Shown: in pieces, positions 9,250 through 17,538 of the stretch
How the letters are laid out: each line of letters starts with the position of its first letter
Position numbering within the stretch: the stretch's first letter is position 1
Assembly: GCA_013153865.1 (NCBI GenBank)
Contig: JAADDR010000063.1
Coordinates: 1 to 56,229, forward strand
Length of the DNA stretch: 56,229 nucleotides
Reading direction: 5' to 3'
DNA from: Chlorobiota bacterium
GTDB taxonomy: Bacteria; Bacteroidota; Bacteroidia; Bacteroidales; JAADGE01
The notes under the pieces: generated by a model
Databases searched by the model: none
What the model was told of the DNA's origin: nothing
Seen by the model: the letters and a program-made list of their open reading frames with translations, nothing else
Made by a program: the position numbers and the translations under genes

Positions 9250-10704
9250 TTATGCCGGATTCGGATTATCGTATTTTTGTTTTTCGGGTTCGTGAAACAA
9301 ATCTGCCGCTACTATTATTGCCGTAAATCCCCAAAACGGAACCGACGCTTTGTCGGTATTTAAGAAGTTGTTTAAAAAACCGTGAATATAGTATGTTATA
9401 AGTCCGGAGAGCAAACTTATTACAAGTATTTTCATGTTTTTGTCTTTTGCCCTGTAATAAACTTTAATTCCGGTTATAATTGTTAAAATTATAATTGCCA
9501 AAAAAGTAAGAGTTCCGAGAATGCCGGACTCCGCCAGCGGTCCTATGTATTCGCTGTGGGCATTGCCTACGTCTCCGAAATCGGTGCTTATAATGGTTCG
9601 GTCGTAAGACATTTGATATGGTGCGTATTGAAACATGTAAGTTCCCGGACCGAAGCCGAAAACGGGGCGTTCTTCAAACATTTTAAATGCGGAATTCCAA
9701 CGGTTTATACGTTCCAGATTTGATGCGTCGGTAGCTATATTGGTAACGGAACTTACGTGTTTTTCGAGGTCCGACGATGAATCCTGACGATTTTTTTTAA
9801 GAGTATCGAGAATTTGAAACTGGAAAATAAAAAACAGACCGACGAGGGTTACGGCCGAAAATATGAGTATGTACCGGTTTATTTTTAATTTTATGATTAT
9901 AAAAACCGCCAAAACCGCCGCCACGCTTATCCATGCCGCTCGCGAGTAAGAGAATACCACGGCAAAAAGAAACAGTATCAATAAAAAGAAGTTTATTATT
10001 TCGAAACTTTTATTTTCTTTTTTTATAAACAGCCACCCGGTTAATACCGGAATATACATTGCCAGCAAAGCTCCGTATGAAGTATGGTCGTTGTAAAAGG
10101 GTTTCATAACGCCCTGTGCGATTTTTTTTACGAACAATCCTACGCTTATATGATTTATAAGAGAATAAAAAACTACAATCGTAAAAGACAGTATGTATGC
10201 CCAAATAAATTTTTTTATAAAATTTTTGTCTTTAAAAAAATAAACGGCAAGAAAATAAAACGGTATAACAAACCAAAATCGCGAAAGAAAAAATTTAAAC
10301 GATACCGCCGGTATAGAGCTTGTTATGCTTGTTACGAATATCCACGTCAAGTTAATTGTTATTGCAATCGATACCGGATGCCGGAATATTTTTTTGTCGA
10401 TTTTTTGTCCGGTAATGTGTTTAAGAATAAAAATAAGTAAAAATGCAACAAACAAGGGTTCTGTCGGAATTGACACGTCAACGGGAGCATCAGGTAAAAA
10501 TTCGGAGAGCAATATTGAAAGAGGCGTAAAAAAAACCGAAGCAAGAAATACGAGTTTTATATCTGTTATAAGATACCATATAAGCAGAAAAACAAAAGGA
10601 ATAAAAATACCGTAATAAATATCGAAATAAATGAGAACAACATTTATTAAGATATAAATAAAAGATGCCGCGAAGAGCAACTTATTGTTCTTTATAATGT
10701 CCAA
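9250..10704 (-). CDS. O-antigen ligase / O-antigen polymerase (Wzy_C-type) family membrane protein
   Basis: The protein is polytopic with more than 10 hydrophobic helices. It has the characteristic segment FSYSRAAWISVAAVLAVF and a large loop containing NAHSEY. Confidence 0.7.
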   Translation of the reverse strand: MDIIKNNKLLFAASFIYILINVVLIYFDIYYGIFIPFVFLLIWYLITDIKLVFLASVFFTPLSILLSEFLPDAPVDVSIPTEPLFVAFLLIFILKHITGQKIDKKIFRHPVSIAITINLTWIFVTSITSSIPAVSFKFFLSRFWFVIPFYFLAVYFFKDKNFIKKFIWAYILSFTIVVFYSLINHISVGLFVKKIAQGVMKPFYNDHTSYGALLAMYIPVLTGWLFIKKENKSFEIINFFLLILFLFAVVFSYSRAAWISVAAVLAVFIIIKLKINRYILIFSAVTLVGLFFIFQFQILDTLKKNRQDSSSDLEKHVSSVTNIATDASNLERINRWNSAFKMFEERPVFGFGPGTYMFQYAPYQMSYDRTIISTDFGDVGNAHSEYIGPLAESGILGTLTFLAIIILTIITGIKVYYRAKDKNMKILVISLLSGLITYYIHGFLNNFLNTDKASVPFWGFTAIIVAADLFHEPEKQKYDNPNPA

Positions 10705-10714
10705 AAGTTACGGT

Positions 10715-11734
10715 TTAATCGGTTTCTACTTTTTCTTTGAAGTTCTTAAAGAAGTCGGCGAAAGCAACAAACAAAACTGCAAAAACAAAACTTGAAAGCG
10801 TTGTAAGAACAACAATAAGCCATCTTACGGGTTTTGATTTTTTTTCTGCCGGTTCGGCTTTTTCAACGATGTATATGTTAGAAAGGTTTTGTCCGTACTC
10901 CACGCCGGCTTCTACCCATTTTCCTTTAAGGTCGCTGAGCCGTTCTTGTTCAAATTCGATAAATTTAGATAATTCCAGTGATATATGTCCGTATTTTTCC
11001 AAACTTTTTAGTTTGTTTTCAAGATACTTAATTCCGGATTTTGATATTTTTCCGGAAGCTATACCTTCGGCAAGTCCGGAAGAATATGCCGTAACCTGCT
11101 CGGTGTAATCCAAGACACCCATTTTATTTAAAACCGAAAGCGAATCGGATATTTCTTGTATTTGACGGTTTAATTTTTTGTATTCGTGTTCTACTATAAG
11201 CAAAGCTTTCCAAGCTCTTTTTTTATGCAGGTTATTTAATACTGTATCGGCATATAAGGATATTTCGTTGGCAATATCCGCCGCATATTCGGGGTCTTTG
11301 TCCAAAACATCTATGCGAACGGATTGAAATTTTGTTTTTTTGAACGATATGTTGTCGTCATACGTATCGTAAAGTTTGGTTTTGGCATAACGTTCCGTTG
11401 TATCGATATCGTAATGCTCCGTTAAATTAAATTTATCGACTATATGATTTATTATTTCGTTTGATTGAAGTATTTGCAAAAGTTGTTCGGTTTCTTCTTC
11501 TTCTCCGAATGCCATTAAATTTCCTTTTGCGTTGCCGAGCAATGCTTTCGATACCGAAACCGAAGATGCCGGATACAGAATTACCGTTGATTTATACATA
11601 GGTGTAATTAAAAGCGATACAATAATCGAGGCAACGGCGCCCAGAACGGTAATTAAAATTATCGGTTTTCTTTTTTTGTAAAGAAAAACAAGAATGTCTT
11701 GCGAGTCGTTTGAGAAATTATTTTTATCTGTCAT
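10715..11734 (-). CDS. Wzz-like polysaccharide chain-length determinant family protein
   Basis: The N-terminal TM helix is followed by PMYKSTVILYP (Wzz-type). There is a long helical periplasmic region and a C-terminal TM helix (WLIVVLTTLSSFVFAVLFVAF). Confidence 0.6.
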   Translation of the reverse strand: MTDKNNFSNDSQDILVFLYKKRKPIILITVLGAVASIIVSLLITPMYKSTVILYPASSVSVSKALLGNAKGNLMAFGEEEETEQLLQILQSNEIINHIVDKFNLTEHYDIDTTERYAKTKLYDTYDDNISFKKTKFQSVRIDVLDKDPEYAADIANEISLYADTVLNNLHKKRAWKALLIVEHEYKKLNRQIQEISDSLSVLNKMGVLDYTEQVTAYSSGLAEGIASGKISKSGIKYLENKLKSLEKYGHISLELSKFIEFEQERLSDLKGKWVEAGVEYGQNLSNIYIVEKAEPAEKKSKPVRWLIVVLTTLSSFVFAVLFVAFADFFKNFKEKVETD

Positions 11735-11741
11735 AGTTTTT

Positions 11742-13043
11742 TTATTCCGTTATAATAATAGAATATTTCTTTTTTCCTTGTCGTATAACGATGTATTTGT
11801 CGTTTATGAGATGTTTTTTGTTAATCGGTTCGTCGGGGTTAAGAAATTTTTCCATATTTATGCTCAGTCCTTTGTCTTTTATCAGACGTCTTACTTCGCC
11901 TTTCGATTTGAAAACAGGAGTAATTTCGGCTGTTAAATCGAAAATGTTTATTCCTTTTTCGATAATTTCTTTTTTTACGGTAAAATGCGGAACGCCTTCG
12001 AAAACATCATTGAAAGTTTTTTCGTCCAAAGTTTCGAGTTGTTCTTTTGTACCTTTTCCGAATAAAATTTGCGAAGCCGTTACGGCGGTATCGTAAGCGG
12101 TTTTTCCGTGAACCATAACGGTAATTTCTTCTGCAAGTTTTTTTTGCAAAATACGTGTGTGAGGAGCTTCTTTATGTTCTTTTACGAGATTTTCTATTTC
12201 GTCTTTGTTTAAAATCGTAAATATTTTAAGATATTTTTCGGCATCGTCGTCTCCGGTATTTATCCAAAACTGGTAAAATTCGTAAGGCGATGTTTTTTCC
12301 GGATCGAGCCAAATATTTCCTTTTTCGGTTTTACCGAATTTTTTTCCGTCCGATTTTGTAATAAGCGGGCTTGTAAGGGCATAAGCTTTTCCCTGCAACA
12401 TTCTTCTGATAAGCTCGGTTCCCGTCGTGATGTTTCCCCATTGGTCGGAACCGCCCATTTGCAGTTTGCAGTTATGTTCTTTGTAAAGATGTAAAAAATC
12501 GTATCCTTGAACCAATTGGTAGCTGAACTCCGTAAAAGAAAGTCCTTCTGCATCTTTATCGCCTGATGCGTTCATTCTTTTTTTTACGGAATCTTTGGCT
12601 ATCATGTAATTTACGGTTATGTGTTTGCCTACATCCCGTATAAAATCAAGAAAAGAGAATTTGCTCATCCAATCGTAATTATTGAGCAAGAGAGCTTTGT
12701 TTTCTTTGTCTTCCGAGAAATCAAGAAATTTTTCCAGTTGTTTTTTTATAGCTTCCTGATTGTGTTTTATGGTATCCAAAGTAAGCAAATTACGTTCTTC
12801 CGATTTTCCGGACGGGTCGCCTATCATTCCGGTTGCACCTCCTATTACGGCAACGGGGCGATGCCCTGCTCTTTGAAAATGTTTAAGTAACATTACGCTT
12901 ACAAGGTGTCCTATGTGTAAAGAATCAGCCGTAGGGTCTATTCCTACATAAGCGGCAACGTTTTTTTCTTTAAGAATTTCTTCGGTTCCGGGCATGATAT
13001 TGTGCAACATGCCTCTCCATTTTACTTCTTCGATAAAATTCAT
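11742..13043 (-). CDS. tyrS: Tyrosine--tRNA ligase
   Basis: It has the class I HIGH motif (SLHIGHLV) and the KMSKS equivalent (KFGKTE). A C-terminal S4-like domain is present. Length is 433 aa. Confidence 0.95.
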   Translation of the reverse strand: MNFIEEVKWRGMLHNIMPGTEEILKEKNVAAYVGIDPTADSLHIGHLVSVMLLKHFQRAGHRPVAVIGGATGMIGDPSGKSEERNLLTLDTIKHNQEAIKKQLEKFLDFSEDKENKALLLNNYDWMSKFSFLDFIRDVGKHITVNYMIAKDSVKKRMNASGDKDAEGLSFTEFSYQLVQGYDFLHLYKEHNCKLQMGGSDQWGNITTGTELIRRMLQGKAYALTSPLITKSDGKKFGKTEKGNIWLDPEKTSPYEFYQFWINTGDDDAEKYLKIFTILNKDEIENLVKEHKEAPHTRILQKKLAEEITVMVHGKTAYDTAVTASQILFGKGTKEQLETLDEKTFNDVFEGVPHFTVKKEIIEKGINIFDLTAEITPVFKSKGEVRRLIKDKGLSINMEKFLNPDEPINKKHLINDKYIVIRQGKKKYSIIITE

Positions 13044-13105
13044 ATATTATTTTTTTTGCAAAGATAATTATTCTCGTTAAGAGATAAAGAAAAGCAAAAT
13101 GTTTT

Positions 13106-13603
13106 TTATTTTAAGAAATTTACGGTTTTTATTGTTGCGGGAGCCGTAAGTTTTACGGTTTTGTAAAAACGACTTTTTCTTTCGTATTTTCCGGGTAAAA
13201 GTCCCGAATGTGAAACGAAAAGTAAAATGATGCTTGTAATATACAGGTATTTTATTGCGGAAGTAAGCATTCCGAGTATGATATTTACGGGTTTTTTCAT
13301 ATTTACGTTACTCGAACTTTGTGCTTTATCCGCAACAATATTCGAAAGCCAAAGGGTTGCCGAAAATAATACGGCGAAAATATATATGTCGAGATTACTT
13401 ATTCCTCCTCTCCATTTTGCTCCGATAAAGTTTGCAAGTTCGGTCGAAACAAGACCGAAAACGGCAATGCCCGCCAATATTGCGAGCAAAGATAAAGAGT
13501 GTACTACAGGACCTCTTTTGTATCCTTTAAATAATGCCCAAATTAAGACAACGGCAAGTAATACGTCTATAATACTTATTCCCGAAATATCAACATTATC
13601 CAT
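13106..13603 (-). CDS. CvpA family membrane protein
   Basis: It is 165 aa with four hydrophobic helices. The N-terminus IIDVLLAVVLIWALFKGYKRG is typical of the CvpA (colicin V production) family. Confidence 0.65.
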   Translation of the reverse strand: MDNVDISGISIIDVLLAVVLIWALFKGYKRGPVVHSLSLLAILAGIAVFGLVSTELANFIGAKWRGGISNLDIYIFAVLFSATLWLSNIVADKAQSSSNVNMKKPVNIILGMLTSAIKYLYITSIILLFVSHSGLLPGKYERKSRFYKTVKLTAPATIKTVNFLK

Positions 13604-13647
13604 TTCAATAATTAAAAATTTATCGAAACAAATTTACATTAAATTTT

Positions 13648-14490
13648 TTAATTTGAAAGATTAAGCGGTTCGGATTCGGCTTGAAGTATTTCGTCGGTTG
13701 AGTTTCGGCTTACGAATGCTATAAGTGTTAACCGGTTAAGATTCCATTCGGTATCCGGATAAAAGGTAAATTGTTTTTCGAAAGTATCGCCTTTTTTTGC
13801 CGAATTAAGTATTTTTTCTCCGAAAGCTCCGTTTATTCCTTTTTTGAGCATATATCTGTGGACGTATTCCGGATTGTATGTGTTTTCTACTTGTTGCGGT
13901 GCGACTATGCTGTCTTCGGTAACATATAGTCCGAGATTAACGGCTTCTTGAATATCGCCGAGAAATTCGGCAGTTATGTTTACCGAAACACTGTTTTCTT
14001 CTTGATTGTAAGAAGATTCTATTATGATGTTTACTTCCGGATTTATGTCGTAAACGGCATCAACGGCTGCGCGCCAAGTATCTTTTCCGAGTACGGTATT
14101 TCCGTTAAATTCCGTTCTGTTTATCATTCCGGCGGGTAATCCTTTTGCCGATATGCCGTAAACTTCGTCTAATGTTGTTCCGGTTTCGGTTCTGAAATCT
14201 TCCGGAAAATCGGGTTCTGTCGGTAATGCAAAAAAACCGACATGCACGGCGAGGGGTATTACATGGTCGCAATAATCGTTTTTTATTTCTTCAAGAATTT
14301 CCGAAGCGGCGGGGCAGTTAGGGCAACGGTGTCCGGTATAATCTTCGACAAGAATTTTTCTTATGGGAACCGGTTGCGTTTCGTCGCCGCAGGTTCCTTC
14401 TTGTTTTTCTTTTAAAGGATTATTTATTTGGTCGCATGCAAAAAATAATAAAAATCCGGACAGCAGTAATATTGTTTTCAGGTATTTCAT
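13648..14490 (-). CDS. Omp28-related thioredoxin-fold lipoprotein
   Basis: The lipoprotein signal is LLSGFLLFFAC. The Omp28-family-like core VEDYTGHRCPNCPAA contains a CxxC motif. Confidence 0.65.
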   Translation of the reverse strand: MKYLKTILLLSGFLLFFACDQINNPLKEKQEGTCGDETQPVPIRKILVEDYTGHRCPNCPAASEILEEIKNDYCDHVIPLAVHVGFFALPTEPDFPEDFRTETGTTLDEVYGISAKGLPAGMINRTEFNGNTVLGKDTWRAAVDAVYDINPEVNIIIESSYNQEENSVSVNITAEFLGDIQEAVNLGLYVTEDSIVAPQQVENTYNPEYVHRYMLKKGINGAFGEKILNSAKKGDTFEKQFTFYPDTEWNLNRLTLIAFVSRNSTDEILQAESEPLNLSN

Positions 14491-14509
14491 TTTCTTAATT
14501 TTGTTTAAA

Positions 14510-16186
14510 TCAGAAAGTTGTACTTACAGTTAGAGAAAATCCGTTTGAAGCAGGCACGTTTCTGCAAACACCTCCCACGCACGTAACTCCTTCGCGTTGT
14601 TTTCCGTATCCTAATTGTATTCGGTTTGCGCCTTTTGTATATCCTCCCGATATTATGTAATAATGATTTCGGTGTTGTGTGTCGGGGTTTCCGTAGTTGT
14701 ATTGGTCGGAAACGGCAAAAAACCAATGCGGCGAACTTGTGTATTCGAGAGTGAACATATACCAATCGCCGTAGTCTTGTTTTTCTCCGGAAGGTTCTTT
14801 TCCGGTAATTAATATTTCGTTTTCAATGCGCAGAGCATTTTTAGAATTAAATTTATACGTGAAATCCAAAATTCCGATATCGGCGTGTAAAGTTCCGTAT
14901 TTTCCCTGAATTACGAGTTTGTTGTAATCTTCGTACATGTATATTGCCGAAAATTTGAGTTTTTTACTGATTTTTTTATGTATTTCGATATTAAAGTCTC
15001 TGAAATAGAGCTCGTCGCCTATTGCGAAAAAATCGGAAGTATATCCGTCGAGGTCGGGTATTTCGGCATCCGGGTCAACGATTATTTTTTCCGTTTTGAT
15101 TGAATTAACCTGTGAATAGTTTAAACTTATGTTCATTCCGTATTTGCCTCCGAGCAAACTTCCTCTTTTCATGTTATAAAATATTTCCACGTTACCGCCG
15201 ACTTGCCCGTTCGGCTGTGTTGCAAAAGGATACATCGCCGCAAAAGCATACGTGTGGGTTTTTGCTACCGCGGGCAGATAGTTGATGTTAAGATCGTTTA
15301 TGCTTGCCGCTCTGTCGGAACGAAAACTCATATTATCGAGGCGTAAGACATTTGCCAATATTCCGATTCCTTTTTTAGACCAAGATGTATTAATAAGCAA
15401 TGCGTTTCCGTCTTTAAATATATTTCCGTTATCGGAAGATGGGTCATTTATTTTGTATGCGTATTCCGATGCCAGAATGAATGAATTTCTCGATAAATTT
15501 ATTCTGCCGGCAAAGGCACCTACATTTTCGGGGAAATTATAAACAGGGTCAAGATTTTTTTGATATTTACTTACGAAACTGCCGCCGATAATAATACGGG
15601 TTTTTTTATCTTCAAATTTTTTAAAAGTTTCGTTTACGGATATTTCGGCATCTGTTCCTCTTACGATTCCCGGACCGTATTCCCAGTAAAGTTTTTGTTT
15701 TCCTATAAGTCCGGTAATTCTTATTCCTTTTACGGGCATGTATTTAATGCGAAAACCGTCAAGAGCATTGTCTGTTCCGAGAGTTTTGTCTTCGTATGTT
15801 CTGAGTATAAGACCGTTTCCGAATTGTTCGTAAAAATTACCGGCGGTAATTTCTATTTCGTCGGTTTTGTAGGTAACATATCTGTTTGCTATGCCTTGTC
15901 CGTTGTATCTTTGGTCGAAACCGAGCATTGTGTTAAGATATGCTTCGTATCTTATACCTGCCGAGAAGTTGCCTTTTACGTATGTTATGTTTGCATAAGC
16001 GTTGGTTCTTATTATGTCGTCAACGGCTTCGGCACCGGTAAGGGAATCTTCGGCATAAGTTTGCATGTTTATTTCAAAATTTCCGTGAATTTCGCCGTAA
16101 TCTTTTTTGTTTTCGTTTTGCGAGAACGAAATGTTCGGGAATAAAACATGGAAACATAAAATTATCGTTAAGAAAAATCTGTTCAT
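14510..16186 (-). CDS. Outer-membrane beta-barrel protein (DUF6029-like)
   Basis: It has a signal peptide and alternating beta-strand pattern throughout. It ends in ...LTVSTTF, preceded by a CVGGVC motif. Its position between tlpA-like and Omp28-like genes matches a neighbourhood I recall for DUF6029, which I could not verify here. Confidence 0.6.
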   Translation of the reverse strand: MNRFFLTIILCFHVLFPNISFSQNENKKDYGEIHGNFEINMQTYAEDSLTGAEAVDDIIRTNAYANITYVKGNFSAGIRYEAYLNTMLGFDQRYNGQGIANRYVTYKTDEIEITAGNFYEQFGNGLILRTYEDKTLGTDNALDGFRIKYMPVKGIRITGLIGKQKLYWEYGPGIVRGTDAEISVNETFKKFEDKKTRIIIGGSFVSKYQKNLDPVYNFPENVGAFAGRINLSRNSFILASEYAYKINDPSSDNGNIFKDGNALLINTSWSKKGIGILANVLRLDNMSFRSDRAASINDLNINYLPAVAKTHTYAFAAMYPFATQPNGQVGGNVEIFYNMKRGSLLGGKYGMNISLNYSQVNSIKTEKIIVDPDAEIPDLDGYTSDFFAIGDELYFRDFNIEIHKKISKKLKFSAIYMYEDYNKLVIQGKYGTLHADIGILDFTYKFNSKNALRIENEILITGKEPSGEKQDYGDWYMFTLEYTSSPHWFFAVSDQYNYGNPDTQHRNHYYIISGGYTKGANRIQLGYGKQREGVTCVGGVCRNVPASNGFSLTVSTTF

Positions 16187-16197
16187 TTTTTTCGTAT

Positions 16198-16222
16198 TAA
16201 AAAAGCCGGTATTTTTCCGGCT
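16198..16222 (-). terminator. Rho-independent terminator (minus strand) after the tlpA-like gene
   Basis: agccgg (16204-16209) pairs with ccggct (16217-16222) across a 7-nt loop. The A-run at 16199-16204 gives a U-run after the stem on the minus strand. Confidence 0.55.
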
Positions 16223-16241
16223 GATTATTACAGAATGCGGA

Positions 16242-16751
16242 TTATTTTTTTTCCGATGCGAGTTTTTTCAGAATTTCGTATATTTCGTCTTCGTCGCCGG
16301 GAGAATAGGAGTTGTGCTGCCATACAATTTTTCCGTTTTTGTCCAGTATAAAAGAATGCGGAACGTTTATCACGTTCATGGCTCTTTTAAAATCACCGTT
16401 GGGGTCGAGCAGTATTTCAAACTCCCAACCTCGTCCGTTTACGAACGGTGCCACTCGGTTCATGCTTTTGCTGTCGTCTATCGAAACGGCATATACTTTA
16501 AATCCGGTTTCTTCTTGCCAATCGACGTAGTTTTCGTCAACGGCGATAAGTTCTTTTATGCAAGGTTTGCACCATGTAGCCCAAAAACTCAGGAATATCG
16601 GACCGTCGGCATTTTTGATGCCGGCAGTATTAAAAGTTTCTCCGTTAAGGGTTTTGATATTTACCGAAGGTAAATTGTTTTTTTCGGTATCTTGTCCGTA
16701 TGAATATACGAATGATATTATAAGAAATAATACAATAATTATGCGGTTCAT
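16242..16751 (-). CDS. TlpA/ResA-like periplasmic thiol:disulfide oxidoreductase (thioredoxin fold)
   Basis: FLSFWATWCKPCIKEL contains the CxxC active site. I chose the internal start MNRIIIVLFLIISFVYSYGQ, a clean signal peptide. Its ATG overlaps the upstream stop as TAATG at 16749-16753. Confidence 0.85.
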   Translation of the reverse strand: MNRIIIVLFLIISFVYSYGQDTEKNNLPSVNIKTLNGETFNTAGIKNADGPIFLSFWATWCKPCIKELIAVDENYVDWQEETGFKVYAVSIDDSKSMNRVAPFVNGRGWEFEILLDPNGDFKRAMNVINVPHSFILDKNGKIVWQHNSYSPGDEDEIYEILKKLASEKK

Positions 16752-17455
16752 TATTTTACGATTAGTTTTTTCGTGTTTATAATTTTTCCGTCGGAAATAA
16801 AAGATACAAAATAAATACCGGCATTCAGTTTTGCTATGTTTATTTGATTTTTTTGTGTTTTTAAAGGTGCGCATTCAACGGTTTTTCCTATTATATCGGT
16901 AATTTTTATTTCCGGATTTATCAGGTTTGCCGAGATGTTTACGTTTAAAATATCTTTTGCGGGGTTGGGATACAGAGAAAATTTAAAAGTATTCGGTTCG
17001 TTTACGAAAGCTGCATCTGTATCTAATGTAAAGGTGGCGTTATTGTCTTCGTTGCCTTCTTCATATACTTTAATTGTTACAAAAGCATGTTCGGAACTGC
17101 CGTTTGAAATATATTCCACATCTGCTTCACCGTTTGTTCCGTACGTTTCTCCCGCCCCTAAACTCACGGCTTGTCCTATTGTTACCGGAACAGCTGTAAT
17201 TTGGACGCATTGATCGCAAGCGCAAACAGATAATCCCGTTGCATCATCAGGTACTGCAAAATCAATTACTTCAACAATAAATGTTATTTCTTCACTGCCT
17301 TCGTTAGTTATGTTAAAATATACTTTGTCGGGAGACGACGGCAAGTGAGCCGTTTGGTTTGTTAAATCGTTTCCGTTACTGTCTTTTAGGGTAATTTGCC
17401 CGAAAACATGCGTATATAAAAAAAGTATCGAAATTAAGGTAAATAAATGTTTCAT
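16751..17455 (-). CDS. Secreted protein with T9SS type-A C-terminal sorting domain and a CxCxxC motif
   Basis: It has a signal peptide. The C-terminal ~80 aa (SLYPNPAKDILNV...AGIYFVSFISDGKIINTKKLIVK) matches the Por/T9SS CTD pattern. The internal motif is SVCACDQCV. Confidence 0.75.
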   Translation of the reverse strand: MKHLFTLISILFLYTHVFGQITLKDSNGNDLTNQTAHLPSSPDKVYFNITNEGSEEITFIVEVIDFAVPDDATGLSVCACDQCVQITAVPVTIGQAVSLGAGETYGTNGEADVEYISNGSSEHAFVTIKVYEEGNEDNNATFTLDTDAAFVNEPNTFKFSLYPNPAKDILNVNISANLINPEIKITDIIGKTVECAPLKTQKNQINIAKLNAGIYFVSFISDGKIINTKKLIVK

Positions 17456-17471
17456 AATCAGTTTTTATTTT

Positions 17472-17524
17472 TTAAAAAGAGGTTGTTTAAAAATTCTAAA
17501 AAATGTTTATTCTTAAACAACCTC
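17472..17524 (-). terminator. Strong hairpin terminator (minus strand) after the 763-aa T9SS cargo gene
   Basis: A perfect 12-bp stem joins gaggttgtttaa (17479-17490) and ttaaacaacctc (17513-17524). The A-run at 17474-17478 gives a U-run after the stem on the minus strand. Confidence 0.65.
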
Positions 17525-17538
17525 CGGTAATAAATACC

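Noticed and set aside
15560-16673. 194-aa and 188-aa plus-strand ORFs opposite the DUF6029-like and tlpA-like genes
   Set aside because: These are antisense shadow ORFs with F/V/C/Y-rich composition and no motifs. The minus-strand genes have clear signal peptides and family motifs.
16752-16874. Longer start for the tlpA-like ORF (listed 16242..16874)
   Set aside because: The extra 41 residues overlap the T9SS cargo gene and are not signal-like. The internal Met gives a textbook signal peptide and a TAATG stop/start overlap.
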